This document shows positions 56,431-64,000 of a DNA stretch of 64,000 nt, piece after piece (positions within the stretch are counted from its first letter, which is position 1; every line of letters starts with the position of its first letter). The DNA comes from an uncultured Bacteroidota bacterium (GTDB taxonomy: Bacteria; Bacteroidota; Bacteroidia; Flavobacteriales; Flavobacteriaceae), in the NCBI GenBank assembly GCA_902582405.1, contig CACHSA010000003.1, positions 22,779-86,778 on the forward strand, read 5' to 3'. Under the pieces are notes generated by a model that saw only the letters and a program-made list of their open reading frames with translations, had not been told where the DNA came from and searched no databases. Both the position numbers and the translations under genes were made by a program.

Positions 56431-57825
56431 ATGATTAAAAAAACTCTTTTTGACAAAATATGGGATTCCCACGTAGTAAAAAAAATTGAAAATGGTCCAG
56501 ATGTTTTATTTATAGATAGGCATTTAATTCACGAAGTTACTAGTCCAGTAGCATTTTTAGGTTTAAAAAATAGAAGACTTAATGTGATGTACCCCAATCT
56601 AACATTTGCGACTGCAGACCACAATACCCCAACTATCAATCAACATTTACCCATCAAAGATCCTCTTTCCGCTAAACAACTTCGAACTCTTAAATACAAT
56701 ACAAATAAACACGACATTGTCTTTTGGGGCTTAGGTCACAAAAATAACGGAATTGTCCACGTTATCGGACCAGAGTCAGGAATCACACTTCCTGGAACAA
56801 CTATTGTATGTGGAGATTCCCATACTTCAACTCATGGCGCGTTTGGAGCTGTTGCTTTTGGAATTGGTACTTCCGAAGTTGAAATGGTACTTTCTACCCA
56901 ATGTATTATGCAGCCAAAACCTAAATCGATGAGGATTAATATAAATGGTAAATTGCGAGATTCAGTGACCCCAAAAGATGTTGCCCTTTTTATAATTTCT
57001 AAACTTTCCACTTCTGGTGCAACTGGTTATTTCGTTGAGTATAGCGGAAACATTTTTTCAGAAATGAGTATGGAAGGGAGAATGACTGTTTGTAATCTTT
57101 CAATTGAAATGGGTGCTAGAGGAGGATTAATTTCGCCCGACAATAAAACGATTGAATATGTTAAAAATCGAGAATATACTCCTAAGGGAGAAAATTTATC
57201 AAAGGCGATTGAATACTGGTCAAAACTTTACACCGACGAAGGTGCAGTTTTTGATAAAGAATATAATTTTAATTCTTCTGAGATAGAGCCGATGGTTACT
57301 TTTGGAACTAATCCAGGAATGGGAATTAGAATATCTGGAAAGATACCTGAAATTGATTTTAAAAAAGACAGTTCTTCATCCTACTTAAAATCTCTAAGGT
57401 ATATGGGTTACAAAATTGGTGATAAAATGATTGGAAAGAAAGTAGATTATGTCTTTCTAGGAAGTTGTACAAATGGAAGAATTGAAGACTTTAGAACATT
57501 TTCAAAAATTACAAAAGGATTCAAAAAAGCTGATAATGTTACAGCATGGCTTGTGCCTGGATCACACCGTGTATTAAATAAAATTCGGAGTGAAGGTATT
57601 TTAGAGGACTTAGAAGCTTCCGGATTTAAAGTTAGGGAACCAGGCTGCTCGGCTTGTCTAGCTATGAACGAAGACAAAATTCCAGCTGGTAAATATGTAG
57701 TTAGCACTTCAAACAGAAACTTTGAAGGAAGACAAGGACCTGGCGCAAGGACAATTCTTGCAAGCCCTGCTGTTGCTGCTGCTGCTGCCATAACTGGTGA
57801 AATAACTGATCCCAGAAATCTATAG
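56431..57825 (+). CDS. leuC: 3-isopropylmalate dehydratase large subunit
   Basis: [12 protein letters not shown] and [12 protein letters not shown]. The Fe-S cysteines are in GSCTNGR and [10 protein letters not shown]. Confidence 0.96.
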   Translation: MIKKTLFDKIWDSHVVKKIENGPDVLFIDRHLIHEVTSPVAFLGLKNRRLNVMYPNLTFATADHNTPTINQHLPIKDPLSAKQLRTLKYNTNKHDIVFWGLGHKNNGIVHVIGPESGITLPGTTIVCGDSHTSTHGAFGAVAFGIGTSEVEMVLSTQCIMQPKPKSMRININGKLRDSVTPKDVALFIISKLSTSGATGYFVEYSGNIFSEMSMEGRMTVCNLSIEMGARGGLISPDNKTIEYVKNREYTPKGENLSKAIEYWSKLYTDEGAVFDKEYNFNSSEIEPMVTFGTNPGMGIRISGKIPEIDFKKDSSSSYLKSLRYMGYKIGDKMIGKKVDYVFLGSCTNGRIEDFRTFSKITKGFKKADNVTAWLVPGSHRVLNKIRSEGILEDLEASGFKVREPGCSACLAMNEDKIPAGKYVVSTSNRNFEGRQGPGARTILASPAVAAAAAITGEITDPRNL

Positions 57826-57827
57826 CC

Positions 57828-58424
57828 ATGCCTTACGAAAAATTTACAATTTTAGAAAGCTCAGGTGTTCCATTGGAAATTGAAAATGTTGATACGGATC
57901 AAATAATCCCAGCTAGATTTTTAAAAGCAACTGAAAGAAAAGATTTTGACAAAAATCTTTTTAGAGATTGGAGATACAATCAACAAAATAAACTCGTGAA
58001 GGATTTTGTTCTAAATGATAGAAAATATTCTGGAAAAATATTAGTTGCAGGAAAAAACTTTGGTTCGGGATCTTCTAGAGAACACGCTGTTTGGGCAATT
58101 TATGACTATGGATTTCGTTGTGTTATCTCAAGTTTTTTTGCTGATATTTTTAAAAATAATTGTTTGAATATTGGGGTTTTACCGGTACAAATATCCGCTC
58201 AGTTTCTCCAATTAATTTTTGATTCAATTAAAAATAAACCAAAAATTAAATTAAAAGTAAATTTAGTTGAACAAGAAGTTTCAATTTTTGGCATTCCTCA
58301 AAAGGAAAAATTTGAAATCAATCCATATAAAAAGGGAAATATGATAAATGGTTATGACGATATTGACTACTTATTAAGTATGAAATCTGAAATTAAAAAC
58401 TTTGCCAACAAAAGACCTTTCTAG
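57828..58424 (+). CDS. leuD: 3-isopropylmalate dehydratase small subunit
   Basis: NVDTDQIIPARFL and GKNFGSGSSREHAVWA. Confidence 0.95.
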   Translation: MPYEKFTILESSGVPLEIENVDTDQIIPARFLKATERKDFDKNLFRDWRYNQQNKLVKDFVLNDRKYSGKILVAGKNFGSGSSREHAVWAIYDYGFRCVISSFFADIFKNNCLNIGVLPVQISAQFLQLIFDSIKNKPKIKLKVNLVEQEVSIFGIPQKEKFEINPYKKGNMINGYDDIDYLLSMKSEIKNFANKRPF

Positions 58425-58425
58425 A

Positions 58426-59964
58426 ATGAATTCTTTGGCAAAAACTTACATTGAAATTATGGACACGACCCTTAGAGACGGAGAGCAAACGTCAGGAGTC
58501 ACCTTTTCCACGTCTGAAAAACTAACTATTTCAAAATTATTAATTAGCGAATTATCTATAGATAGAATTGAAATAGCCTCTGCTAGAGTATCTATCGGAG
58601 AATTTGATTCAGTTAAAAAAATATGTGATTGGGCAAAAGAAGAGAATCATTTGGGGAAGGTTGAAGTACTGACATTTTTAGATGACGGATTGTCATTAGA
58701 TTGGATAAATAAAGCTGGATGTAAAGTCCAAAATTTGCTTACTAAAGGGTCGTTAAATCATTTAAAAAATCAACTAGGTCAAAAACCAAACCAACACTTT
58801 GAAAAAATTCAAAAAGTATTGGATAAAGCAGAAAAGAGAAAAATATTAACAAATGTATATTTAGAAGATTGGAGCAATGGTATGAAAAAATCAAAAGAAT
58901 ACGTGTTTTCATTACTCGATTTTCTATCTCAAACTTCTGTAAAAAGAGTTATGTTACCAGATACATTAGGGATTCTAACACCAAAAAAAACTGCTGATTT
59001 TATCAATGAAGTTACTTCAAAATATTCAAAAATTCATTTTGATTTTCATGGTCATAACGATTATGATTTAGGAGTTTCAAATACTCTAGAAGCAGTTAAA
59101 AACGGAATCAAAGGGATACATCTTACTGTGAACGGAATTGGTGAAAGAGCAGGTAATGTAACTTTAGAAAGTACAGTTGCTGCTATAAATGATTTTATTC
59201 CAAATATTAAATTAAATATTAAGGAAAATTCACTCTATAAAGTCAGTCAACTAGTTTCAACATTTACGGGCTACAGGATTCCTCCAAATAAGCCAATTGT
59301 TGGATCTAATGTGTTTACACAGACAGCAGGTATTCATGCAGATGGAGATAGTAAAAAAAATTTATATTATAATGACTTACTTCCGGAAAGGTTTGGACGA
59401 AAAAGAAGTTATGCACTTGGTAAGATGTCTGGTAAAGCAAATGTGCAAAAAAACCTTGAAGAACTGGGGGTTACTTTAAATGATGTAGATTTAAAGAAGG
59501 TTACTAAAAGAGTTATCCAACTTGGAGACAAGAAGCAAAAAATTACAAAGTCTGATCTGCCATATATTATATCAGATGTATTGGATAGTGAGGATAAAAA
59601 AAATGACATTAAAATCCATTCTTACGTTTTAACTCATTCAAAAGGATTAAAGCCCTCTACAACGATTTCAATTGATTTTTATGGAGAAATAATTGAAGAA
59701 AATGCAAGTGGAGATGGTCAATTTGATGCGTTTTTTAATGCAATAAAAAAAATTTTCAAAACAAAAAAAATGTGTCTTCCTAAATTGGTTGATTATTTTG
59801 TTCATATACCTCCAGGAAGTAGTTCAGATGCTTTTTGCGAGACAATTATAACATGGAAGAACACCTCTTTTGAATTTACAACTAGAGGATTTGATTCTGA
59901 CCAAACTGTTTCTGCCATAAAAGCAACTGAAAAAATGCTAAACTCAATTGATATAACTAAATGA
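58426..59964 (+). CDS. cimA: (R)-citramalate synthase-like LeuA-family enzyme with a C-terminal regulatory domain
   Basis: [72 protein letters not shown] and PERFGRKRSYALGK. From memory these closely parallel the Leptospira-type citramalate synthase. The ATG at 58426 follows the leuD stop by 1 nt; the track's TTG at 58402 is less likely. Confidence 0.7.
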   Translation: MNSLAKTYIEIMDTTLRDGEQTSGVTFSTSEKLTISKLLISELSIDRIEIASARVSIGEFDSVKKICDWAKEENHLGKVEVLTFLDDGLSLDWINKAGCKVQNLLTKGSLNHLKNQLGQKPNQHFEKIQKVLDKAEKRKILTNVYLEDWSNGMKKSKEYVFSLLDFLSQTSVKRVMLPDTLGILTPKKTADFINEVTSKYSKIHFDFHGHNDYDLGVSNTLEAVKNGIKGIHLTVNGIGERAGNVTLESTVAAINDFIPNIKLNIKENSLYKVSQLVSTFTGYRIPPNKPIVGSNVFTQTAGIHADGDSKKNLYYNDLLPERFGRKRSYALGKMSGKANVQKNLEELGVTLNDVDLKKVTKRVIQLGDKKQKITKSDLPYIISDVLDSEDKKNDIKIHSYVLTHSKGLKPSTTISIDFYGEIIEENASGDGQFDAFFNAIKKIFKTKKMCLPKLVDYFVHIPPGSSSDAFCETIITWKNTSFEFTTRGFDSDQTVSAIKATEKMLNSIDITK

Positions 59965-61028
59965 AAAAAAAGATAGCAGTTCTACCAGGAGATGGAATCG
60001 GTCCAGAAGTAATCAAAGAAGCTATAAAAGTTTGTGAAGAAATTGCTAGCAAATTTGGGCATGAATTTTTTTTTAAAGAAGGAATTGTAGGTGCTGCATC
60101 TATTTATAAAAATGGAGATCCATATCCTGACGAAACTCATAATCTTTGTTTAAATTCTGATTCTGTACTTTTTGGGGCAATTGGTTTACCTGAATTTGAC
60201 AATGATCCATCAGCAAAAGTAAGGCCTGAGCAAGGACTTTTAAAAATGAGAAAAAAATTAGGTCTATTTGCTAATATAAGACCAACATTTACGTTTGAAA
60301 GCTTAATTGATAATTCACCTTTAAAAAAAAATAAAATCGATGGTACAGATTTAATTTTTGTTAGAGAACTCACAGGTGGAATTTATTTTGGAAAAAGAGG
60401 CAGAAAAAATAAGGGTGACTCAGCCTTTGATACTTGTGAATATGATAGAAATGAAATAATTAGATTAGCAAAAAAGGGGTTTGAGATTGCAGGTAAAAGA
60501 AAGAAGAAGCTTTGTTGTGTTGACAAGGCAAATGTCTTGGAGACTTCAAGACTCTGGAGAGAAACTATTCAATCAATGGAAAAAGATTATCCTGGTATAG
60601 AAGTTTCATATGAACTAGTGGACGCTGTAGCAATGCGTTTGATCCAATCACCAAAAAATTATGATGTACTTATAACAGAAAACTTGTTTGGTGATATTTT
60701 GACAGATGAAGCTTCAGTTATTTCAGGATCTATGGGTTTGATGCCATCCGCATCAATTGGTGAGCACAATTCCTTGTACGAACCAATACATGGTTCATTC
60801 CCCGAAGCTGCAGGAAAAAATATTGCGAATCCTTTAGCAACAATACTTTCTGCGGCCATGATGCTTGAAATGTCATTCAATCTTAAGTTAGAATCAGATT
60901 TAATTAAAGACTCAGTTGAAAAATCTATTCAAGAAGGGTTTGTAACTCAAGATCTGTCTAATGGTAATCGTTATTACTCAACATCTGAAGTTGGAGACAA
61001 AATTTGTGATTACATTAAGTCAAGCTGA
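59961..61028 (+). CDS. leuB: 3-isopropylmalate dehydrogenase
   Basis: IAVLPGDGIGPEV, NLFGDILTDEAS, and GSMGLMPSAS. Confidence 0.96.
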   Translation: MKKKIAVLPGDGIGPEVIKEAIKVCEEIASKFGHEFFFKEGIVGAASIYKNGDPYPDETHNLCLNSDSVLFGAIGLPEFDNDPSAKVRPEQGLLKMRKKLGLFANIRPTFTFESLIDNSPLKKNKIDGTDLIFVRELTGGIYFGKRGRKNKGDSAFDTCEYDRNEIIRLAKKGFEIAGKRKKKLCCVDKANVLETSRLWRETIQSMEKDYPGIEVSYELVDAVAMRLIQSPKNYDVLITENLFGDILTDEASVISGSMGLMPSASIGEHNSLYEPIHGSFPEAAGKNIANPLATILSAAMMLEMSFNLKLESDLIKDSVEKSIQEGFVTQDLSNGNRYYSTSEVGDKICDYIKSS

Positions 61029-61029
61029 G

Positions 61030-62631
61030 TTATAACAGATATTCTGTATTTATAAAATTTGAGTCTTTAGAGTTTAATAAGGATCCAATTATTTCATTGT
61101 TCCTTGGATTATCTTTTGCTGCAACAAAAGTTCGGATCGAAAAGGACCTTAAAGCGTCGTGAACGCTTAAAGTGCTAACGGCAGAATTTTTTCTGCCTGT
61201 AAAAGGGTAGACATCTGGACCTCTTTGACAAGCACTATTTAAATTTACCCTGCAAACCAAGTTTGCTAGAATATCTACTAATGGACCAATTTTAGATATA
61301 TCATTTCCGAATAAACTGACCTGCTGTCCGTATTCTGATGCAGCCATAACATTCAAAGGTTCATCTATATCTTTGTAAGACATAACTGGGATCACAGGAC
61401 CAAACTGTTCCTCATGATATATTTTCATATCTGTAGATACAGGATATAAAATAGCGGGATATAAATAATTATGAGATAAGACACCACCCTTTTTATTTAT
61501 TACCTTAGCCCCTTTTTTTTCAGCATCATCAATCAAATCTTTTAAGTAACTGGCTTTATTTGGCTCTGGCAAAGGAGTCAAAAAAGATTTTTCTTCCCAA
61601 GGAAGACCATACACTAAATCATCAACCTCTTTTGCAAATTTTTTGTTGAATTCGTCAACTATAGATTCATGAACAAATAAAATTTTTAGAGCAGTACATC
61701 TCTGACCATTGTATGATAAAGTTCCTGAAATACATTCTTTGATTGTTAAGTCAAGATCTGCATCTGGGAGGACAATTCCTGGATTTTTTGCTTCTAAACC
61801 TAAAACTAACCTTAACCTATTCTTATTTGGATGTAAATCTTGGAGAGCTACTGCTGAAGAAGAATGTCCAATCAAAGCTAAAACGTCTATTTTACCAGTT
61901 TTCATTATGGGTGAAGCGATTTTTCTACCTCTACCAAATAAAATATTCACAACTCCGGGAGGGAAGCTTTCTTTAAAGGCATTTAAAAGTGGAGTAATCA
62001 ATAGAACTCCATGTTTAGCAGGTTTAAAAACTGCTGTATTTCCCATAATGATGGCAGGAATTAGTAAACAGAAGGTTTCATTCAAAGGGTAATTATAAGG
62101 GCCCAAACATAAAATTACTCCTAATGGTCCTCTTCTTATATGAGCATAAATACCAGATTGTTTTTCAAATTTTGCGCTTTTTCTATCTATCTCCTTGTAG
62201 GCTTCAATGGTATCATATATATAGTCAACCGTTCTATCAAATTCTTTGTATGAATCAGCCTTATTTTTAGATATTTCCCACATTAACAAGTTAACTACTT
62301 CCTCTCGATGATTTTTCATCTTGCCAGCAAACTTTTCTAAACACTTAATTCTTTCCCCTACCCTCATTGTAGGCCACTTCCCTTTGCCTCTATTAAATGC
62401 ATCGACAGCGGAGTCCAGAGCTTCGATTGCTGGCTCTGTTTCCATGTCAGGGATTGATCCCAAAAGGGTAGGTTTTATTTCACCATCTTTGTTTCTTGTA
62501 TAAATGTTAGAAAAAACTTCACTTGATTTACCAGACCACTTTTTTAATTTTCCATCGACCAAATAGGTTTTACAATCAACAAAATATTCGTATGGTTCGT
62601 TAGAATCGGGTAATGAAGGGTTTTTAATCAT
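61030..62631 (-). CDS. Aldehyde dehydrogenase, non-phosphorylating GAPDH (GapN)-like
   Basis: [13 protein letters not shown], the catalytic Glu in LGLEAKNPG, the catalytic Cys in [15 protein letters not shown], and the GapN-like tail [16 protein letters not shown]. The substrate is not certain. Confidence 0.78.
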   Translation of the reverse strand: MIKNPSLPDSNEPYEYFVDCKTYLVDGKLKKWSGKSSEVFSNIYTRNKDGEIKPTLLGSIPDMETEPAIEALDSAVDAFNRGKGKWPTMRVGERIKCLEKFAGKMKNHREEVVNLLMWEISKNKADSYKEFDRTVDYIYDTIEAYKEIDRKSAKFEKQSGIYAHIRRGPLGVILCLGPYNYPLNETFCLLIPAIIMGNTAVFKPAKHGVLLITPLLNAFKESFPPGVVNILFGRGRKIASPIMKTGKIDVLALIGHSSSAVALQDLHPNKNRLRLVLGLEAKNPGIVLPDADLDLTIKECISGTLSYNGQRCTALKILFVHESIVDEFNKKFAKEVDDLVYGLPWEEKSFLTPLPEPNKASYLKDLIDDAEKKGAKVINKKGGVLSHNYLYPAILYPVSTDMKIYHEEQFGPVIPVMSYKDIDEPLNVMAASEYGQQVSLFGNDISKIGPLVDILANLVCRVNLNSACQRGPDVYPFTGRKNSAVSTLSVHDALRSFSIRTFVAAKDNPRNNEIIGSLLNSKDSNFINTEYLL

Positions 62632-62744
62632 TTAATTTTTTTTTCGAAAATAAAAAATAAAATTGTAAGTAAAAAAAAAGCTTTACAAATGAATTTTAAA
62701 AGTTTTAGTTGTTGATTTTAATTTAATATCTTTTCAAAATAATT

Positions 62745-64000
62745 ATGATCAAAAAAATAGGTTTAATAATAGGTCCTTTATCTTTTATAATTTTGAATTT
62801 TTTTAGATTTGATAATATAAACGATAAAGCCTCTATTGTTGTTGCTCTCGCTGCATGGATGATAATTTGGTGGATTTCGGAAGCGGTTTCAATTTCTGTA
62901 ACTTCCCTCTTGCCTCTGGTAATATTTCCCTTGTTCCAGGTAATGGAAATAAATCAAGTTGGTGCAAATTATGGAAGCTCAATAGTCTTTCTCTTTTTTG
63001 GGGGATTTGTCTTGGCTCTTGCACTTGAAAAAGTTAATCTACACAAAAGAATCGCCCTAACAATAATAAAAAAAACTGGAACTTCTCCCAACAGAATAAT
63101 TTTGGGTTTTATGATTGCTACTGCCTTCATGAGTATGTGGATATCCAACACTGCAAGTACAGTTGTGATGCTCCCTATTGCCCTTTCAGTCATAAATCTT
63201 TTAATTGATAATAAAAAGAGATTTTCAAAAAGTGAGAAAAACTTTTCTCTTTCTGTAATGCTCGGAATTGCTTTTTCAGCGAATTCTGGTGGTATTGCAA
63301 CTGTTATAGGAACACCCCCAAATTCTGTTCTCATTGGTCTATTGGAAAACGAATACAACGTTGAAATTTCATTTCTAAATTGGATGGTTATTGGCCTCCC
63401 ATTTTCAATAACATTGCTGGCTATAATTTATTTTCTCTTAACCAGAGTACTTTTTAGAAATGAAAGTGTAAAATTTAAATCCTCATCAGAACTAATAAAT
63501 AATAAACTAAATGAACTTGGTAAGTTGAATAAAAAAGAAAAGCATGTTTTGATAATTTTTGGTATAACTGTTTTTTTATGGATTTTTAGAACACTTATAA
63601 ATAAATTAATTCCTGGATTTAAATTATCAGATACAATTATCAGCGTTGGTTGTGCAATTTCTCTTTTTTCAATCCCTTCCAAATTCTCAAAACCTGAATT
63701 TATCTTAAATTGGAACGATACAAAAAACTTGGCTTGGGGAATCCTTATTCTTTTCGGAGGCGGACTTGCATTAGCAAAAGGAATGTCAGAAACCGGGATT
63801 GTTTCACTAGTTACAGATGCTATTGCTGGTGCTAATTTAAATATCTTATTAACCGTATCTCTTTTAATAACTATGATGTTATTCATGACAGAGTTGATGA
63901 GTAATGTAGCTTTGGTAGCAGTACTTGCACCAGTTATGGCAGGAATCGCAATTGGCTTGGAAATTCCTATTTTGCACCTGTTAATTCCAATAACTATGGC
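62745..64000 (+). CDS. DASS/SLC13-family anion:sodium symporter (3' end runs off the window)
   Basis: Missing from the track because it is open at the edge. My translation gives MIKKIGLIIGPLSF...AAWMIIWWISEAVSISVTSLLPLVIFPL...SANSGGIATVIGTPPNSVLIG...ILFGGGLALAKGM..., with classic DASS hairpin motifs. The frame is open to base 64000. Confidence 0.9.
   Translation, partial: MIKKIGLIIGPLSFIILNFFRFDNINDKASIVVALAAWMIIWWISEAVSISVTSLLPLVIFPLFQVMEINQVGANYGSSIVFLFFGGFVLALALEKVNLHKRIALTIIKKTGTSPNRIILGFMIATAFMSMWISNTASTVVMLPIALSVINLLIDNKKRFSKSEKNFSLSVMLGIAFSANSGGIATVIGTPPNSVLIGLLENEYNVEISFLNWMVIGLPFSITLLAIIYFLLTRVLFRNESVKFKSSSELINNKLNELGKLNKKEKHVLIIFGITVFLWIFRTLINKLIPGFKLSDTIISVGCAISLFSIPSKFSKPEFILNWNDTKNLAWGILILFGGGLALAKGMSETGIVSLVTDAIAGANLNILLTVSLLITMMLFMTELMSNVALVAVLAPVMAGIAIGLEIPILHLLIPITM

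Noticed and set aside
61709-62092. 127-aa plus-strand ORF (and a 77-aa ORF at 61743..61976) inside the GapN-like gene.
   Set aside because: It lies wholly antisense to a well-supported aldehyde dehydrogenase ORF. The sequence is low-complexity with no motifs, a typical shadow ORF in the complementary frame.
62833-63886. Three minus-strand track ORFs (62833..63024, 62969..63358, 63428..63886) at the right-hand end of the window.
   Set aside because: The plus strand carries an uninterrupted DASS/SLC13 permease frame from 62745 to the window edge, with textbook motifs (SANSGGIATVIGTPPN). The track omits it only because it has no stop in the window. The minus-strand ORFs are its shadows.
1-64000. 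Scanned the intergenic regions for tRNA, rRNA, tmRNA, RNase P, riboswitches, CRISPR repeats, IS or transposase genes, integrases, and toxin-antitoxin or restriction/defence genes.
   Set aside because: All gaps are 209 nt or shorter and extremely AT-rich, with no GC-rich structured segments or spaced direct repeats. No ORF has transposase, integrase, nuclease or defence-type motifs that I could recognise. The window appears to be core chromosome.

Overview
The window is visibly AT-rich (about 30% GC by eye, not computed) and extremely gene-dense. It looks like core chromosome from a streamlined Bacteroidota/Flavobacteriia-type genome. Supporting signs are a fused lpxC-fabZ gene, a PorX-type receiver-PglZ regulator, no Shine-Dalgarno sequences ahead of genes, and TAnnTTTG -7 boxes.

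I count about 58 protein genes, nearly all housekeeping:
- Minus-strand run: hisG-D-C-B-H-A-(DinB-like)-F, then SPFH, fabG, sucD, efp, lpxA, lpxC/fabZ and lpxD.
- porX and tsaE; proline dehydrogenase, aroB, ppc, an Lrp regulator and an M14 peptidase.
- An XRE-type regulator plus a small lipoprotein; parC/parE; purC and phoH; a DUF62 SAM enzyme; dnaN.
- An alpha-oxoamine synthase next to a CBS-like enzyme; oligopeptidase B, threonine aldolase and a secreted Zn-metalloprotease.
- prfB, a HAD hydrolase and an ArsC-family protein; a TonB-dependent receptor; fumC; a GNAT.
- An all-membrane cluster: PAS-MenA-like prenyltransferase, CPBP protease, a small two-TM ORF and an anchored alpha/beta hydrolase.
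- dnaK; panB; an RluA-family synthase; an unknown 526-aa helical protein; leuA-leuC-leuD-cimA-leuB; a GapN-like dehydrogenase; a DASS transporter.

Two edge genes (hisF at the start, the DASS permease at the end) and three sub-60-aa ORFs are absent from the supplied track; I added them from my own translation. I recognised no rRNA, tRNA, CRISPR array, transposase, phage or obvious defence genes.

The observations most worth a second look:
- The PAS-prenyltransferase fusion and its four-gene membrane cluster.
- A leader-peptide attenuator in front of hisG.
- A DinB-like gene translationally coupled inside the his operon.
- The canonical +1 frameshift in prfB, which the ORF track truncates.
- A triple TTGTATACAA palindrome operator in the largest intergenic gap.
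- A CBS-like plus alpha-oxoamine synthase pair resembling CapA/CapB of sulfonolipid synthesis.
- A Leptospira-type citramalate synthase embedded in the leu operon.

All functional calls come from reading motifs by eye. No database search was possible.
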